Below, piece by piece: positions 30,942 to 41,243 of a DNA stretch of 64,000 bases (the first letter of the stretch is position 1; each line of letters opens with the position of its first letter). The stretch lies in the IMG/VR virus record IMGVR_UViG_3300045918_000470, positions 13,798-77,797 of that record; one strand, written 5' to 3'. The notes under the pieces are model-generated. The model saw only the letters and a list, made by a program, of their open reading frames with translations, did no database searches and was not told the DNA's origin. This DNA comes from a virus. Position numbers and translations under genes: made by a program.

Positions 30942-31412
30942 ATGGGAACAAAAGTAATTTTAGAGCGTCAAGAACTTCAAGATTTAAGTAGTTATTCAAC
31001 AAAGGCTGATTACAATTACCTTTTAGGATTAATTGGTCAGGCATCAGTTGCAGCTGCAGCATCCGCATCAGTTGCAGCTGCAGCTGTAAAGTTAGCATCA
31101 ACTAAATCAATCACATTTAACAGTGGTGGGTTTAAATCAGCAGGAACATATAATTATGAACTATCATCTATATTAGGCATTGTTAATCCTGATGCATGGA
31201 ATTATTCAATAAGTGTTTCCGTTCTTGGTGCTACAACTGGTACAACGGGGTATGGTGGCGGTGTTCCCGTTGCTTCGTCAGCACCTTCAGTTTCGGGTTC
31301 TGTTTCAGGACACTCGGCGATAATTGTTGTTTCTGCAAAAGCTGTTGCTGGTTATCATGCAACACAATCGACATTATCATTTGGTGTTACTGTTTCAGCA
31401 GCAATGAAATAA
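30942..31412 (+). CDS. Hypothetical virion protein
   Basis: 156 aa, Ala/Ser/Gly-rich, AGGAG RBS. Confidence 0.55.
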   Translation: MGTKVILERQELQDLSSYSTKADYNYLLGLIGQASVAAAASASVAAAAVKLASTKSITFNSGGFKSAGTYNYELSSILGIVNPDAWNYSISVSVLGATTGTTGYGGGVPVASSAPSVSGSVSGHSAIIVVSAKAVAGYHATQSTLSFGVTVSAAMK

Positions 31413-31421
31413 AGGAAATTA

Positions 31422-32393
31422 ATGTTTAGTATTGGTTATACAGCAGGATTGAGCGAGGTATTTGAAGAAATTAATACATACGATAAAATTAGTGATGTAT
31501 ATTTCTCAATACCAAATGCATATACATCATCAGCACGTGCTACTGGGTTCAATGAGAAAATGTTCTATGAGTTGAGAAAGATTCAATCAAAAGGCATAAA
31601 ACTTCATTTGGTATTAAATGGTGCAACATATAATGAGGATGTTTATTCAGATGATGGATTGAACAATATTATTAACATTATTGATACCCTTGGTGTTGAA
31701 ATGTTAACAATAAACAATACAGCAGTAATGAGATCACATCAGTTTCAAGAATTGAATAAAAAAATTGTCATAAAAAATTCAGTTAATAATAAATTGAAAA
31801 CGTTAGATGATGTTATTCAATATGTTTCATTTTTTAAATTTAAACATATTATGTTAGATCGATCACTAAACAGAAATAAAGATGAATTAGAAAAAATTAT
31901 ACAATATTGTAAAAACAATGATATAACTACCACATTGCTTGTTAACGAAGGATGTATTGCAAACTGTCCTTATAAACAGTTTTGTGATGATGCACTATCA
32001 AATCATGACTTAACAAAAAACAATAATTTTTCTGTACTCACGTGTGGTTCAGATTTTGAAAGTGATAAATCACTCACATTGAAATCTCCATTTATCGTTC
32101 CAGGATATATCAATAAATATCGTGATATGGGTATCAATTACTTCAAAATCGCATGTAGAGGAAAACCACTAGAGGATGTGAGATCACGATTGAAAGCTTA
32201 TATGTTTGATAATAAAAATATATCACTCTCCGTTGCATTGGATACCAATCCTCATTACATTTACAAAACTGTTAATGCATATGTTCTAGATGAGTATAAT
32301 TTTTTTGAACACACAGTAAATTGTAAGAACAAATGTAATGAATGTAATTACTGCGATACCTTACTTGAAAAATTTCTAAAAGAGGAAAAATAA
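31422..32393 (+). CDS. U32 peptidase-family (Fe-S) protein
   Basis: LDRSLNR, LLVNEGCIANCPYKQFC, FKIACRG, C-terminal CKNKCNECNYC. Confidence 0.75.
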   Translation: MFSIGYTAGLSEVFEEINTYDKISDVYFSIPNAYTSSARATGFNEKMFYELRKIQSKGIKLHLVLNGATYNEDVYSDDGLNNIINIIDTLGVEMLTINNTAVMRSHQFQELNKKIVIKNSVNNKLKTLDDVIQYVSFFKFKHIMLDRSLNRNKDELEKIIQYCKNNDITTTLLVNEGCIANCPYKQFCDDALSNHDLTKNNNFSVLTCGSDFESDKSLTLKSPFIVPGYINKYRDMGINYFKIACRGKPLEDVRSRLKAYMFDNKNISLSVALDTNPHYIYKTVNAYVLDEYNFFEHTVNCKNKCNECNYCDTLLEKFLKEEK

Positions 32394-33037
32394 TGATTAA
32401 ATTATATGAAACACAAGAGGAACGAAACTCGTTTCAACAACTATTCGAATCTCAAAGATCAATACTTGTTGATGAATACGATGAAAATAAATCTTTGATG
32501 ATTTTTGTTAATGAACAATCAGGGATTATAAAAGGATATATGTACTCTGAACATCTCCCAGTTTCTGTATCACATAATGATGGGTTAAAAGAAGTAAATC
32601 TTGGTAAGGTTTCAAAGGAAGATTATCAACTAGCAATTATGTGTGTTGATGATTATTTGGATAGTTTTCCCGTTTACGATTTTGCACGTAAAGAAATGGG
32701 ATTAGTGTTCCTAGTTGTAAATGGTGTAAACTGCACCCTTGATGAACAATCAGGTAAATTTTCATTGAATGAAGGGGAAACATCATATAAATTTCATCTT
32801 ATCATTGAAGATCCTATTGATGATATTGATCATTTTAGCTCAACATATGTTAAACAACAAGATAAAAATCCTGAAACAATAAAAATTGGTGGACAAAAAA
32901 CATCAAAGAAAACTATTAAGAATAAGAGTACCTTTACCATTGAAAATTTAAAAGGTGCAGAGCAAACATTAAAAGTTAAATGTACTTTAAATAATGAAAC
33001 TGATGTGTGGTTAGTTAAATACATTACAATTCAGTGA
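32393..33037 (+). CDS. Hypothetical protein
   Basis: 214 aa ORF translationally coupled to the U32 gene. Confidence 0.6.
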   Translation: MIKLYETQEERNSFQQLFESQRSILVDEYDENKSLMIFVNEQSGIIKGYMYSEHLPVSVSHNDGLKEVNLGKVSKEDYQLAIMCVDDYLDSFPVYDFARKEMGLVFLVVNGVNCTLDEQSGKFSLNEGETSYKFHLIIEDPIDDIDHFSSTYVKQQDKNPETIKIGGQKTSKKTIKNKSTFTIENLKGAEQTLKVKCTLNNETDVWLVKYITIQ

Positions 33038-33044
33038 GGTAAAT

Positions 33045-34463
33045 ATGATTACATTAATGCGTAATAAAGGAACGTTTCTTTCTGCAGGTGAGATGGATGA
33101 TAATCTTCATCAACTTGATATAAATCGTGTTAAACTTGATACGGATGCAGCAGTCGCAGGAATTAAAACTTTTACAAAATCACCTCGTGGTGTAGATGTA
33201 TTAGTTGATGATGTCAATCAATTTCAGGCATTCCCAATATCCCTTTTATCAACTGTATCGAGTACTACAACTGTAGTTAGTGTTGAAATACCAGTTAACC
33301 CAGATTCCACTAAAAATAAAACATGGATACAGATTAATAGTAGTAATGATGTACAAACCATATTTTTTAAACTGAGCACTGAATGGGATTTATTTACTAA
33401 TCCAAGGAAAATCGTATCTTTCGGTTGGTATACATTCATTGAAAAATCTGATGGAACCGTATGGGCCTGTGGATATAATTACAGAGGCCAACTTGGTTTA
33501 GGTGATACGATTAATAGAAATGTATTTACTAAAATTGATACACAATTTGATAATCCAAGTAAAATTGCATGTGGGTATAATCATACATTTATAGAAAAAA
33601 ATGATGGCACTGTTTGGGGTTGTGGATGGAATGGTACCGGTGGGTTAGGGTTAGGTAATAATCTTAGCACCGAGGTGTTTACACAATTATCTACGGAATT
33701 TAATAATCCAAATAAAATAGCATTAGGTGGTGGTAACACTTTCATTGAAAAATCTGATGGAACCGTATGGGCCTGTGGATATAATGACTTTAGTCAGTTA
33801 GGTTTAGGTGATACTCTTGATAGAAATGTGTTTACACAATTACCAGATGTTACATTTCCAAGTAAAATTGCATGTGGGTATAATCATACATTTATAGAAA
33901 AAAATGATGGCACTGTTTGGGGTTGTGGATGGAATGGTACCGGGGCATGTGGAACTGGTGATTTTTCATCGAGGAGTGTGTTTACACAATTATCTACGGA
34001 ATTTAATAATCCAAATAAAATAGCATTAGGTGGTGGTAACACTTTCATTGAAAAATCTGATGGAACCGTATGGGCCTGTGGATATAATGACTTTAGTCAG
34101 TTAGGTTTAGGTGATACTCTTGATAGAAATGTGTTTACACAATTACCAGTAGAATTTAATCACCCAAATAAAATAAAATTTGAAAATAAAAGTACTTTCA
34201 TTGAAAAATCTGATGGAACCGTATGGGCCTGTGGATATAATGATTCTGGACAGTTTGGTTTAGGGAATGAAATGAATACAACTGTATTCACCCAGATACC
34301 AAATATAATATCACCAAGCAAAATAACTACGGGCAATGAAAGCACTTTCATTGAAAAATCTGATGGAACCGTCTGGGCATGTGGATGGAATGGTAATGGT
34401 GAGTTAGGACTCGGTGATACGATTAATAGAAATGTGTTTACACTTATACCAAAGATTCCTTAA
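33045..34463 (+). CDS. RCC1-repeat beta-propeller protein with fibre-type N-terminal anchor
   Basis: Seven repeats of TFIEKSDGTVWACGYNxxGQLGLGD. Confidence 0.9.
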   Translation: MITLMRNKGTFLSAGEMDDNLHQLDINRVKLDTDAAVAGIKTFTKSPRGVDVLVDDVNQFQAFPISLLSTVSSTTTVVSVEIPVNPDSTKNKTWIQINSSNDVQTIFFKLSTEWDLFTNPRKIVSFGWYTFIEKSDGTVWACGYNYRGQLGLGDTINRNVFTKIDTQFDNPSKIACGYNHTFIEKNDGTVWGCGWNGTGGLGLGNNLSTEVFTQLSTEFNNPNKIALGGGNTFIEKSDGTVWACGYNDFSQLGLGDTLDRNVFTQLPDVTFPSKIACGYNHTFIEKNDGTVWGCGWNGTGACGTGDFSSRSVFTQLSTEFNNPNKIALGGGNTFIEKSDGTVWACGYNDFSQLGLGDTLDRNVFTQLPVEFNHPNKIKFENKSTFIEKSDGTVWACGYNDSGQFGLGNEMNTTVFTQIPNIISPSKITTGNESTFIEKSDGTVWACGWNGNGELGLGDTINRNVFTLIPKIP

Positions 34464-36529
34464 CCAAAATTGCTATCAACATATCTATCTTCAGATTCAC
34501 GATATGAATTCCAATCTGCGAATTCATTTCTGTGAATACTATCATCTATCTCATCAAATGAACCAAATGCGAATACTTCTTCAAAAGTTGTATCTTCCTC
34601 ATCTTCATCCATTTCCTCAAATAACGAGTCAATAAATTTTTTCTGATCTTCAAGATTTCTTATATCTTTAATAGGTGCAAATGAAATAGCAAGTGCCATT
34701 ACAAGGTCATCATGATAACCATCATCCGCTTGATATTTTCCTTTAATATCGATAAAATGATAGAATTCATCAATAGTTGCATGATCTTTTAGTATTAATC
34801 TATCATTTTCAAGAAATGTACGTAATAAACTTAATGTTACCTTACGTGAACGTGACGTTGTTCTAAACCCAAAATATCTACGCATTTTTCCGTCTTTGCC
34901 GGGCGCATCCTTATATACATTTTCATACTCGTATGTGTTCGTAACAGAATCTACAAGTGATTGACCTGCACCTTCATTATTTTCTACAACTAAAAATGCA
35001 TTATTATATTCCTTACATAACTCAGTTAGAGGACCAGCAAGTTTAAGATAACTTATATCGAGATTTGCAGATGCCACTTGTATGAATGGGAATTTTGTAA
35101 CATTTATCATCTGAATAGCAATTTTATCAAGACCATCTTTAGCACTATCAACAGCACAAATATATTTTGATTTTTCCTCAGGCATATCATAAACACGTAA
35201 GCCATCAATGAATTTATTTACATGCAATGGAGGCACTGGAACCATACGCTGTAATGCAAGATGTGATATTAGCGTATCATCAGAACCTTCAAATTGACAA
35301 TTATGATTTATTATATTATTTGCAACATAATTGTGGTTATATGTGTGTAAAATATCATAAACATACTCAGCATCCCCAATTCTTATATCTATAATTTTTT
35401 CTAATCCAGTAATAGACTCAAGATAATCACCTATAATTAAATCTCGTGCATATACGTCTTTATCATTGATAACAAACATATGATCTATAGATACTGTTAT
35501 TGAATTTTTTTCCAACTCAAATATAATTGTATTTTTTAGTATTTTTTTAATACCATCGAAAGGAGATAATCCATCAGACGTTTTTATTAAATATCTACTA
35601 TTAATAATACCTGTAGGTGCATCTAAAAATCTTATACATTTTGATAATGTCTCGTTAGGATTATTCTTATATTCATTTTCATTTATGAATAAAATATCAT
35701 AACCTTTAGATTTACATATATTATATCTTGAAATATCATTTTTATAGACTTCTGGGGTGTTATGCCAATAACCCCCATTAAATTCTATTATCTTATTTAG
35801 ATACATAAAATCTAAATTTATTCTTACTTTGTTTTTAGTTAATATTAATTTATCATATTTGTTTAAATTTATATGTTTCTCATAATTTAACTCTTCAAAA
35901 AATATCTCAGATTTATCATCCATTTTATCATAAATTTTCCAGAATAACTCTTGAGATATTTTTGAATAATTTCTTGAAGTATTCCTATTAGAAAAGTTTT
36001 TATCCCAATATTCATCATATCTTAAATTTCCGTTTCCTGGAAATTTATCTTCAAAATACTGTAATGTATTTCTTCCTTTAGATATATTAGACTGACTCAA
36101 ACAATTCTCGTTATATCTTGTGGTACCTTCATCTAAACCATATTTTTGAATAAAAAAATCTTTTGAATTTGTTGCTGGCTTACATGATGGACACCATTTT
36201 ATAAATCTAAAATCTACAGAGTCCCATTTTATTCTTGAATTACAATTACAATATATTTGTTGTTCCTGGTCTTTTAAAAATATTATTCTTGCACGTAATG
36301 TTATATTTTTTCCATTATTAAGTAACGATGTATGTCTAATAATAGATCTATATAATTTAGGATTATCTTTAATCATTGTTCTGTGCCCGCCAGATTTTAA
36401 ATACATGTCAAGGTCTTTAAAATCAATAATATTTAATAATTCTTTCTCATCATATACATCACCATCATTATTTTTTTCTAAAATATGTTTGTTTTTGGTT
36501 TTTTCTTTAATTATTGTATAATCTCTCAT
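34460..36529 (-). CDS. gp17: Endonuclease - IntC - terminase large subunit C-terminal nuclease domain
   Basis: YSKISQELFW...LDF..NKIIEFNGGYWH (Vsr/DUF559-like); intein C-end YVYDI...YVANNIINHN|CQFEGS; TerL motifs CAVDSA, VVENNEGAG, HDDLVMALA. Confidence 0.88.
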   Translation of the reverse strand: MRDYTIIKEKTKNKHILEKNNDGDVYDEKELLNIIDFKDLDMYLKSGGHRTMIKDNPKLYRSIIRHTSLLNNGKNITLRARIIFLKDQEQQIYCNCNSRIKWDSVDFRFIKWCPSCKPATNSKDFFIQKYGLDEGTTRYNENCLSQSNISKGRNTLQYFEDKFPGNGNLRYDEYWDKNFSNRNTSRNYSKISQELFWKIYDKMDDKSEIFFEELNYEKHINLNKYDKLILTKNKVRINLDFMYLNKIIEFNGGYWHNTPEVYKNDISRYNICKSKGYDILFINENEYKNNPNETLSKCIRFLDAPTGIINSRYLIKTSDGLSPFDGIKKILKNTIIFELEKNSITVSIDHMFVINDKDVYARDLIIGDYLESITGLEKIIDIRIGDAEYVYDILHTYNHNYVANNIINHNCQFEGSDDTLISHLALQRMVPVPPLHVNKFIDGLRVYDMPEEKSKYICAVDSAKDGLDKIAIQMINVTKFPFIQVASANLDISYLKLAGPLTELCKEYNNAFLVVENNEGAGQSLVDSVTNTYEYENVYKDAPGKDGKMRRYFGFRTTSRSRKVTLSLLRTFLENDRLILKDHATIDEFYHFIDIKGKYQADDGYHDDLVMALAISFAPIKDIRNLEDQKKFIDSLFEEMDEDEEDTTFEEVFAFGSFDEIDDSIHRNEFADWNSYRESEDRYVDSNFG
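35300..35610 (-). mobile_element. C-terminal fragment (IntC) of an atypically split intein
   Basis: IKTSDGLSPFDGIKK...TVSIDH (block B)...YVYDI...HN followed by Cys+1 at 35297-35299. Confidence 0.85.
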
Positions 36530-37484
36530 AGAAATCCTTTATTGTTATATCTATATATTCACCAGTTAATGTATCAAATATATTTATAATAGAATTTTCA
36601 CCAACACAACCAAAGTTTTGATTAAAGTATGCAATACCTTTATCAGCTATAATGTTATCACGCCAATTCTTATCACGACCAGGAACCTCGTCCCATTCCA
36701 TCTCAGATAAAACATAACCAGTGGTGTTTAATCTTGCACCTTGAACCATGTTATAAAAATGATTCATACCTTTTGGTGTGCTTGATATAATAATTTGAGA
36801 ACCTTCAACAGCAGTTACCGTTGGGAAGACAGAATCCTCAAAATCTTGCCAGATTGTAGGACGGATAAATGCACACTCATCGATATATAACAATTCCAAT
36901 GTAAAACCACGAAATGAGTCACCATTAGTAGCACTTGTTAATATACGTACCTTATTTTCAAACTCAACAGTTTTCTTGTTCCATGAATTTACACCTGTCA
37001 TTAACCAAAAAGGTAAATTCACAAATATATTTTTTATTTTATCAAGTACCTCAATCGCCATACCTTGTTTATTAGCTGCGATTCCAATGGTCATTTCATC
37101 GCCTAGATAAAATAATGATTTCCATAAGATGTATGTTGCAACAGTTACAGTCTTTCCTGATTGTCTACCAAATAATACCAAGTTTCTTTTATTATCAAGT
37201 AAATCACCTTCAAGTCTTGCTTGATAATCACGTGGTTGTGGTCGTGCATAACCTTTATCTGTCAAGATGATACAATAGTTTTCCCTGAAATATTGAAAAC
37301 TCATTGCACATTTAAAAATTTCTTCTGCATGCTCATTTGTTAGATTTAATTTGGTAAATGCGGGTTTGATTGTTCTGATTCCATTGAATGAAACTCTATT
37401 ACCAAACGCATCGACGTAATATCCTTCGTGGTCACGTGGAAGTGCCAAACGTGCTACTACATCGTCTATATCGTGTCGTGTCAT
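36507..37484 (-). CDS. gp17: Terminase large subunit N-terminal ATPase domain plus IntN
   Basis: RDYQ, GRQSGKT, LYIDECAF, IISSTPKGMNHFY, WDEVPGRD; start ATG 37484 after AAAGGA. Confidence 0.92.
   Translation of the reverse strand: MTRHDIDDVVARLALPRDHEGYYVDAFGNRVSFNGIRTIKPAFTKLNLTNEHAEEIFKCAMSFQYFRENYCIILTDKGYARPQPRDYQARLEGDLLDNKRNLVLFGRQSGKTVTVATYILWKSLFYLGDEMTIGIAANKQGMAIEVLDKIKNIFVNLPFWLMTGVNSWNKKTVEFENKVRILTSATNGDSFRGFTLELLYIDECAFIRPTIWQDFEDSVFPTVTAVEGSQIIISSTPKGMNHFYNMVQGARLNTTGYVLSEMEWDEVPGRDKNWRDNIIADKGIAYFNQNFGCVGENSIINIFDTLTGEYIDITIKDFYERLYNN
36510..36608 (-). mobile_element. N-terminal fragment (IntN, 33 aa) of an atypically split intein
   Basis: CVGENSIINIFDTLTGEYIDITIKDFYERLYNN* directly after extein FNQNFG. 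Confidence 0.85.
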
Positions 37485-37497
37485 AATAATCCTTTTG

Positions 37498-37526
37498 TAT
37501 AAATAATACAATAACAATTATTTATA
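37498..37526. promoter_or_regulatory. Back-to-back T4-type late promoters (TATAAATA on both strands) for the divergent terL and portal genes
   Basis: tataaataatacaataacaattatttata; (T/C)ATAAATA also precedes other structural genes. Confidence 0.65.
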
Positions 37527-37540
37527 TTAAAGGAAACTTA

Positions 37541-39112
37541 ATGGGAACTATATACGAGTCGTTGAAAAAGACATTTATTCCCGCACAGAAAGACGATAAA
37601 AATTTATCTGACTTTGACACTGACCAGCTTGTTGTTGCACGTTCATTCAGTAAAAATTTCTCTGATGAGATATCACCTACAATTGGATTTTTCGATAATA
37701 CCGATAATGTAATGGATAGATCTTCACGTGACCTTATGGCATCATCCCTGGCGGAACAAAAAAGATATATTGAAACATTTCGTGATATTGTAACACATCC
37801 TGATGTATCAGCAGCAGTATCCGAGATTGTAAATGAAATTGTCTTTACAACAGGTAATGACCAACTTGTAAAAATAAACTTCAGCGATGCAGAAACATCA
37901 TCAGCAACTAAAAAAATGCTTACTGAAGCATTTGATGAAATGGTAAAACTTCTTAGATTTGATGCTAATGCATATTCATTGATAAACCAATGGTTTGTTG
38001 ATGGACAACTTAATATCCAAACAATCTATGATAATTCAGATATTACACGTGGTATTGTAAAATTAAATGTTCTTACACCTATTGATTTATATTTTGATAA
38101 AACAAAACAAGAATGGACATATATCATTGAGGAAATTGATTCATTCACCGGTTTCACAACTCAGACAACATCTGAAGTAAAATTTAAGGTTGATGAGGTT
38201 TTTAAAATTGATAGCGGTGTTTATATTGATCCAAGTTTTAAACGCTCACGTAATGGTTCAGAAAAACTTATTTTAAGCGAGTTGCATACAGCAATCAAAC
38301 CTGCAAATCAATTGAAAACTGTTGAAGATATGCTTATTCCAATGCGTTTCAGTCGTTCAATATCTAGACGTGTTTTTAACGTTGACGTAGGTGATCTACC
38401 ACATCAAAAAGCGGAAGCGGCGATTGATAAGGTAAAAGCTAATTTCAAATACAAAAAATTCTATGATGTTGAAAAAGGAACTATTAGTAATCAAAATCAT
38501 GTTACAACACTAGTTGAAGATTATTGGTTTCCAAATCGATCAGGTGGTCGTGGAACAACTGTAGATACATTGGATGAAACTGGTAACTTGGGTGAACTGG
38601 GTGATGTTCTTTACTTTAAGAAAAAATTATACACTGCATTGAAGATACCAATGTCACGTATCAATAATGAGGTAGAAGGAAACAATTCAGAATTTGATTT
38701 TACAGCAACAAGCATTCAACGTGACGAAGTAAAATTCTTTGCATACGTACAAAGACTACGTAAAAAATTCCTTCAATTATTTGAAGAACTTATGTACAGA
38801 CATCTTCTTGCACAAGGAAAGGTTACTTCAGAAGAATGGAATGAGATATACGATTCATTTGAGTTGTATTTCAGTAAAGAGAACACGTTCCTTCAGAATC
38901 TTGAGAGTGAGATGTTTGGAAAGAAAATTGAAGCATATAACAATATTGCTGACCTTATAGGTAAAATTTTTAGTGTTGAATTCACATTTAAAAACATCCT
39001 TAAGATGAGTGATGATGAAATTACTGAGATGTCTGAACAGATTGAAAAAGAGAAAAAAGATCCAAAATATTCATCATTTTATAAAACTGAAGAAGATTCC
39101 GGCGGATATTAA
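37541..39112 (+). CDS. gp20: Portal protein
   Basis: WFVDG, LHTAIKPANQLKTVED, RRVFNVDVGDLP, EDYWFPNRSGGRGT, IQRDEVKF. Confidence 0.95.
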   Translation: MGTIYESLKKTFIPAQKDDKNLSDFDTDQLVVARSFSKNFSDEISPTIGFFDNTDNVMDRSSRDLMASSLAEQKRYIETFRDIVTHPDVSAAVSEIVNEIVFTTGNDQLVKINFSDAETSSATKKMLTEAFDEMVKLLRFDANAYSLINQWFVDGQLNIQTIYDNSDITRGIVKLNVLTPIDLYFDKTKQEWTYIIEEIDSFTGFTTQTTSEVKFKVDEVFKIDSGVYIDPSFKRSRNGSEKLILSELHTAIKPANQLKTVEDMLIPMRFSRSISRRVFNVDVGDLPHQKAEAAIDKVKANFKYKKFYDVEKGTISNQNHVTTLVEDYWFPNRSGGRGTTVDTLDETGNLGELGDVLYFKKKLYTALKIPMSRINNEVEGNNSEFDFTATSIQRDEVKFFAYVQRLRKKFLQLFEELMYRHLLAQGKVTSEEWNEIYDSFELYFSKENTFLQNLESEMFGKKIEAYNNIADLIGKIFSVEFTFKNILKMSDDEITEMSEQIEKEKKDPKYSSFYKTEEDSGGY

Positions 39113-39165
39113 CTTCAGTAAATTTTAATCTATAAATAACACTGAATAAAAATTAAAGGCATCCA

Positions 39166-39426
39166 ATGGAAGAATTATCTCCCGCAACCCTCGATCAAGC
39201 GAAGAATGGTGAATTTTCAGCTTTCGCAGCGACAGTCAAAAAAGTTCTAGATCAGAAGGTAAAAGCACATCCTTATATTAAGGATAAAAAGTCAGAAATG
39301 GAAGGATATGCACGTATCAAAGATATCTTTGCACAAATCGATTCAGCAAAAAAACCTGAAGAAAAACAAGAACCTGTAAAACCAGAAACAAAAAAAGAAG
39401 ACATCGCATCAATTGATGCAGAATAA
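39166..39426 (+). CDS. Prohead core protein (gp67/68-like)
   Basis: Small charged protein between portal and protease; late promoter at 39131. Confidence 0.55.
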   Translation: MEELSPATLDQAKNGEFSAFAATVKKVLDQKVKAHPYIKDKKSEMEGYARIKDIFAQIDSAKKPEEKQEPVKPETKKEDIASIDAE

Positions 39427-39489
39427 TTGTAGTGAGAATTAAATTTTAAATTCTTATCTCAGTACAGCATGTCAAAGAGGAGTAAATCG

Positions 39490-40419
39490 ATGAAACTTAT
39501 TCTCGAACAAGCCGTACCATTAGACGGATATTGTGTTGAAGATATTAATGAGGCAAGTGGTTTTAAATCTAAATCATATTATGTCGAAGGTGTATTTTCA
39601 ACAGCTAACGTAAGAAATGCCAATAAGCGTATCTATCCAACAAATGTATGGCAAAAACAAGTCCTTGAATATCAATCCGTTCTTAAAGGTTCAGGATTAG
39701 AGAAACTTGGCGAGTGGCAACATCCTCCACGTACAACAGTTGACCCAATGAAAGCAGTTATCAAGATTACTGAGCTTCGTATGGAAGGTGACTTCGTTTA
39801 CGGAAAAGCAAAATTACTTGATAATCCTGAGGCAAACAGATTGAAAAATCTTATTGATGAAGGCATCAAAATTGGTATCAGCTCACGTGGTGTAGGATCA
39901 GTAGGACGTGACGGTGTGGTAGAAAGTTTTAAACTTATCACATATGATCTAGTTGATAACCCAAGTAACCCAGGTAGTTACTTAAATGGTATATCAGAGT
40001 CATTAATTGTTGAAAATGGTGTAGTACAAGATTTTGATTACGAAGTAACAGAATCAGGTGAGATTGAGAAGGTAACAATGTGTAGCGAAAGCGGTTGTTC
40101 AATTGTCGATAAAACTTTGGTACAGGAAGCAGCAAAAGGCAAATTTAAAGATTTATTCAGTATGTTATCAGAGATAGAATCTAATCCTGAAACAGCAGCA
40201 GCATCACCTAAATTCTACAAAGTAACACATAAAATTGGTTCAGCGTATGCAAAGAAATTTAATGTTTCGCCAGATGGCAAACGTGCAATGGACAAACTAA
40301 TGGTTGCACTTGATGATAATGTGAAAGATCTTAAAGATGACGACAAGGCGACGGCAGTTAATGATATTATATATTCTATAATTGAAGCTGTTAACTTAAA
40401 GTTTAATATTAATAAATAA
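39490..40419 (+). CDS. gp21: Prohead protease
   Basis: YVEGVF...NANKRIYP, LGEWQHP, GISSRGVGS, DLVDNPS. Confidence 0.93.
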   Translation: MKLILEQAVPLDGYCVEDINEASGFKSKSYYVEGVFSTANVRNANKRIYPTNVWQKQVLEYQSVLKGSGLEKLGEWQHPPRTTVDPMKAVIKITELRMEGDFVYGKAKLLDNPEANRLKNLIDEGIKIGISSRGVGSVGRDGVVESFKLITYDLVDNPSNPGSYLNGISESLIVENGVVQDFDYEVTESGEIEKVTMCSESGCSIVDKTLVQEAAKGKFKDLFSMLSEIESNPETAAASPKFYKVTHKIGSAYAKKFNVSPDGKRAMDKLMVALDDNVKDLKDDDKATAVNDIIYSIIEAVNLKFNINK

Positions 40420-40449
40420 TATTGTAATTAATTAAAAGGAAAATAAGAT

Positions 40450-41199
40450 ATGGAAAATATCCTTGCTAAACTTGATGAAGCTGTTTTCACAGACGAGTTG
40501 AAGAAAGAAATTTCTGAATCTTTTACATCAGCAGTAGACACTAAAGTTGAAACACTTGTAGCAGAAAAAATTGTTGAATTGGTAGAAGCTAAAGAAAAAG
40601 AAATCACAGACAAATTCGTTGCTGAAGCTGCAGAATACAAAGAAAAATTGCTTGAAAATCTTGATGAGTTTTTGAACTTGATCGCTGAAGAGTATATCAA
40701 AGAAAACAAAATCACAATTGAAGAAAGTGTACAGGGTGAAAAACTCGAATCTCTATTGGAAGGTTTCAATGCATTGCTTATCGCAGGTGGTGTAGAATTG
40801 AAAACTATTTCTGAAAATCTTGATGACACAGAAGCACGTGAAGCAGTTGTAGAAAGTACAGCGCGCATTGATGCACTTGTTGTTGAAAATATGGAATTGA
40901 AAAAACAAAAAGCAGAACTTCTTAAAATGGGCCTAGTTGCTGAAGTAAAAGAAGGTATGAGTGTTGTTCAAAAAGAAAAATTCGACAAACTCGCAAGCGT
41001 AGTTGAATTCGATGCAAGCAATTCTGCAAAATACTTGAAATCACTTGAAGTATTAAAAGAAAGTGTTATTGGTTCAAAAACAGATGACGTACCTGCTGTA
41101 ACAGCTGACGTACCTGCAGTATCAGTATCAGAGGCCGTAGAAGCGTTCGCAGGTTCTACATTAGATAAATCAGTTGCAGATTCTGCACGTTTTTTCTAA
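40450..41199 (+). CDS. gp22: Prohead core scaffold protein
   Basis: Glu-rich coiled coil, LDEFLNLIAEEYIKEN, KEKFDKLA; gene order. Confidence 0.88.
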   Translation: MENILAKLDEAVFTDELKKEISESFTSAVDTKVETLVAEKIVELVEAKEKEITDKFVAEAAEYKEKLLENLDEFLNLIAEEYIKENKITIEESVQGEKLESLLEGFNALLIAGGVELKTISENLDDTEAREAVVESTARIDALVVENMELKKQKAELLKMGLVAEVKEGMSVVQKEKFDKLASVVEFDASNSAKYLKSLEVLKESVIGSKTDDVPAVTADVPAVSVSEAVEAFAGSTLDKSVADSARFF

Positions 41200-41243
41200 A
41201 ACATAAATAAAACAAATCAATTAATAAAAGGAAACAAGGTAAT

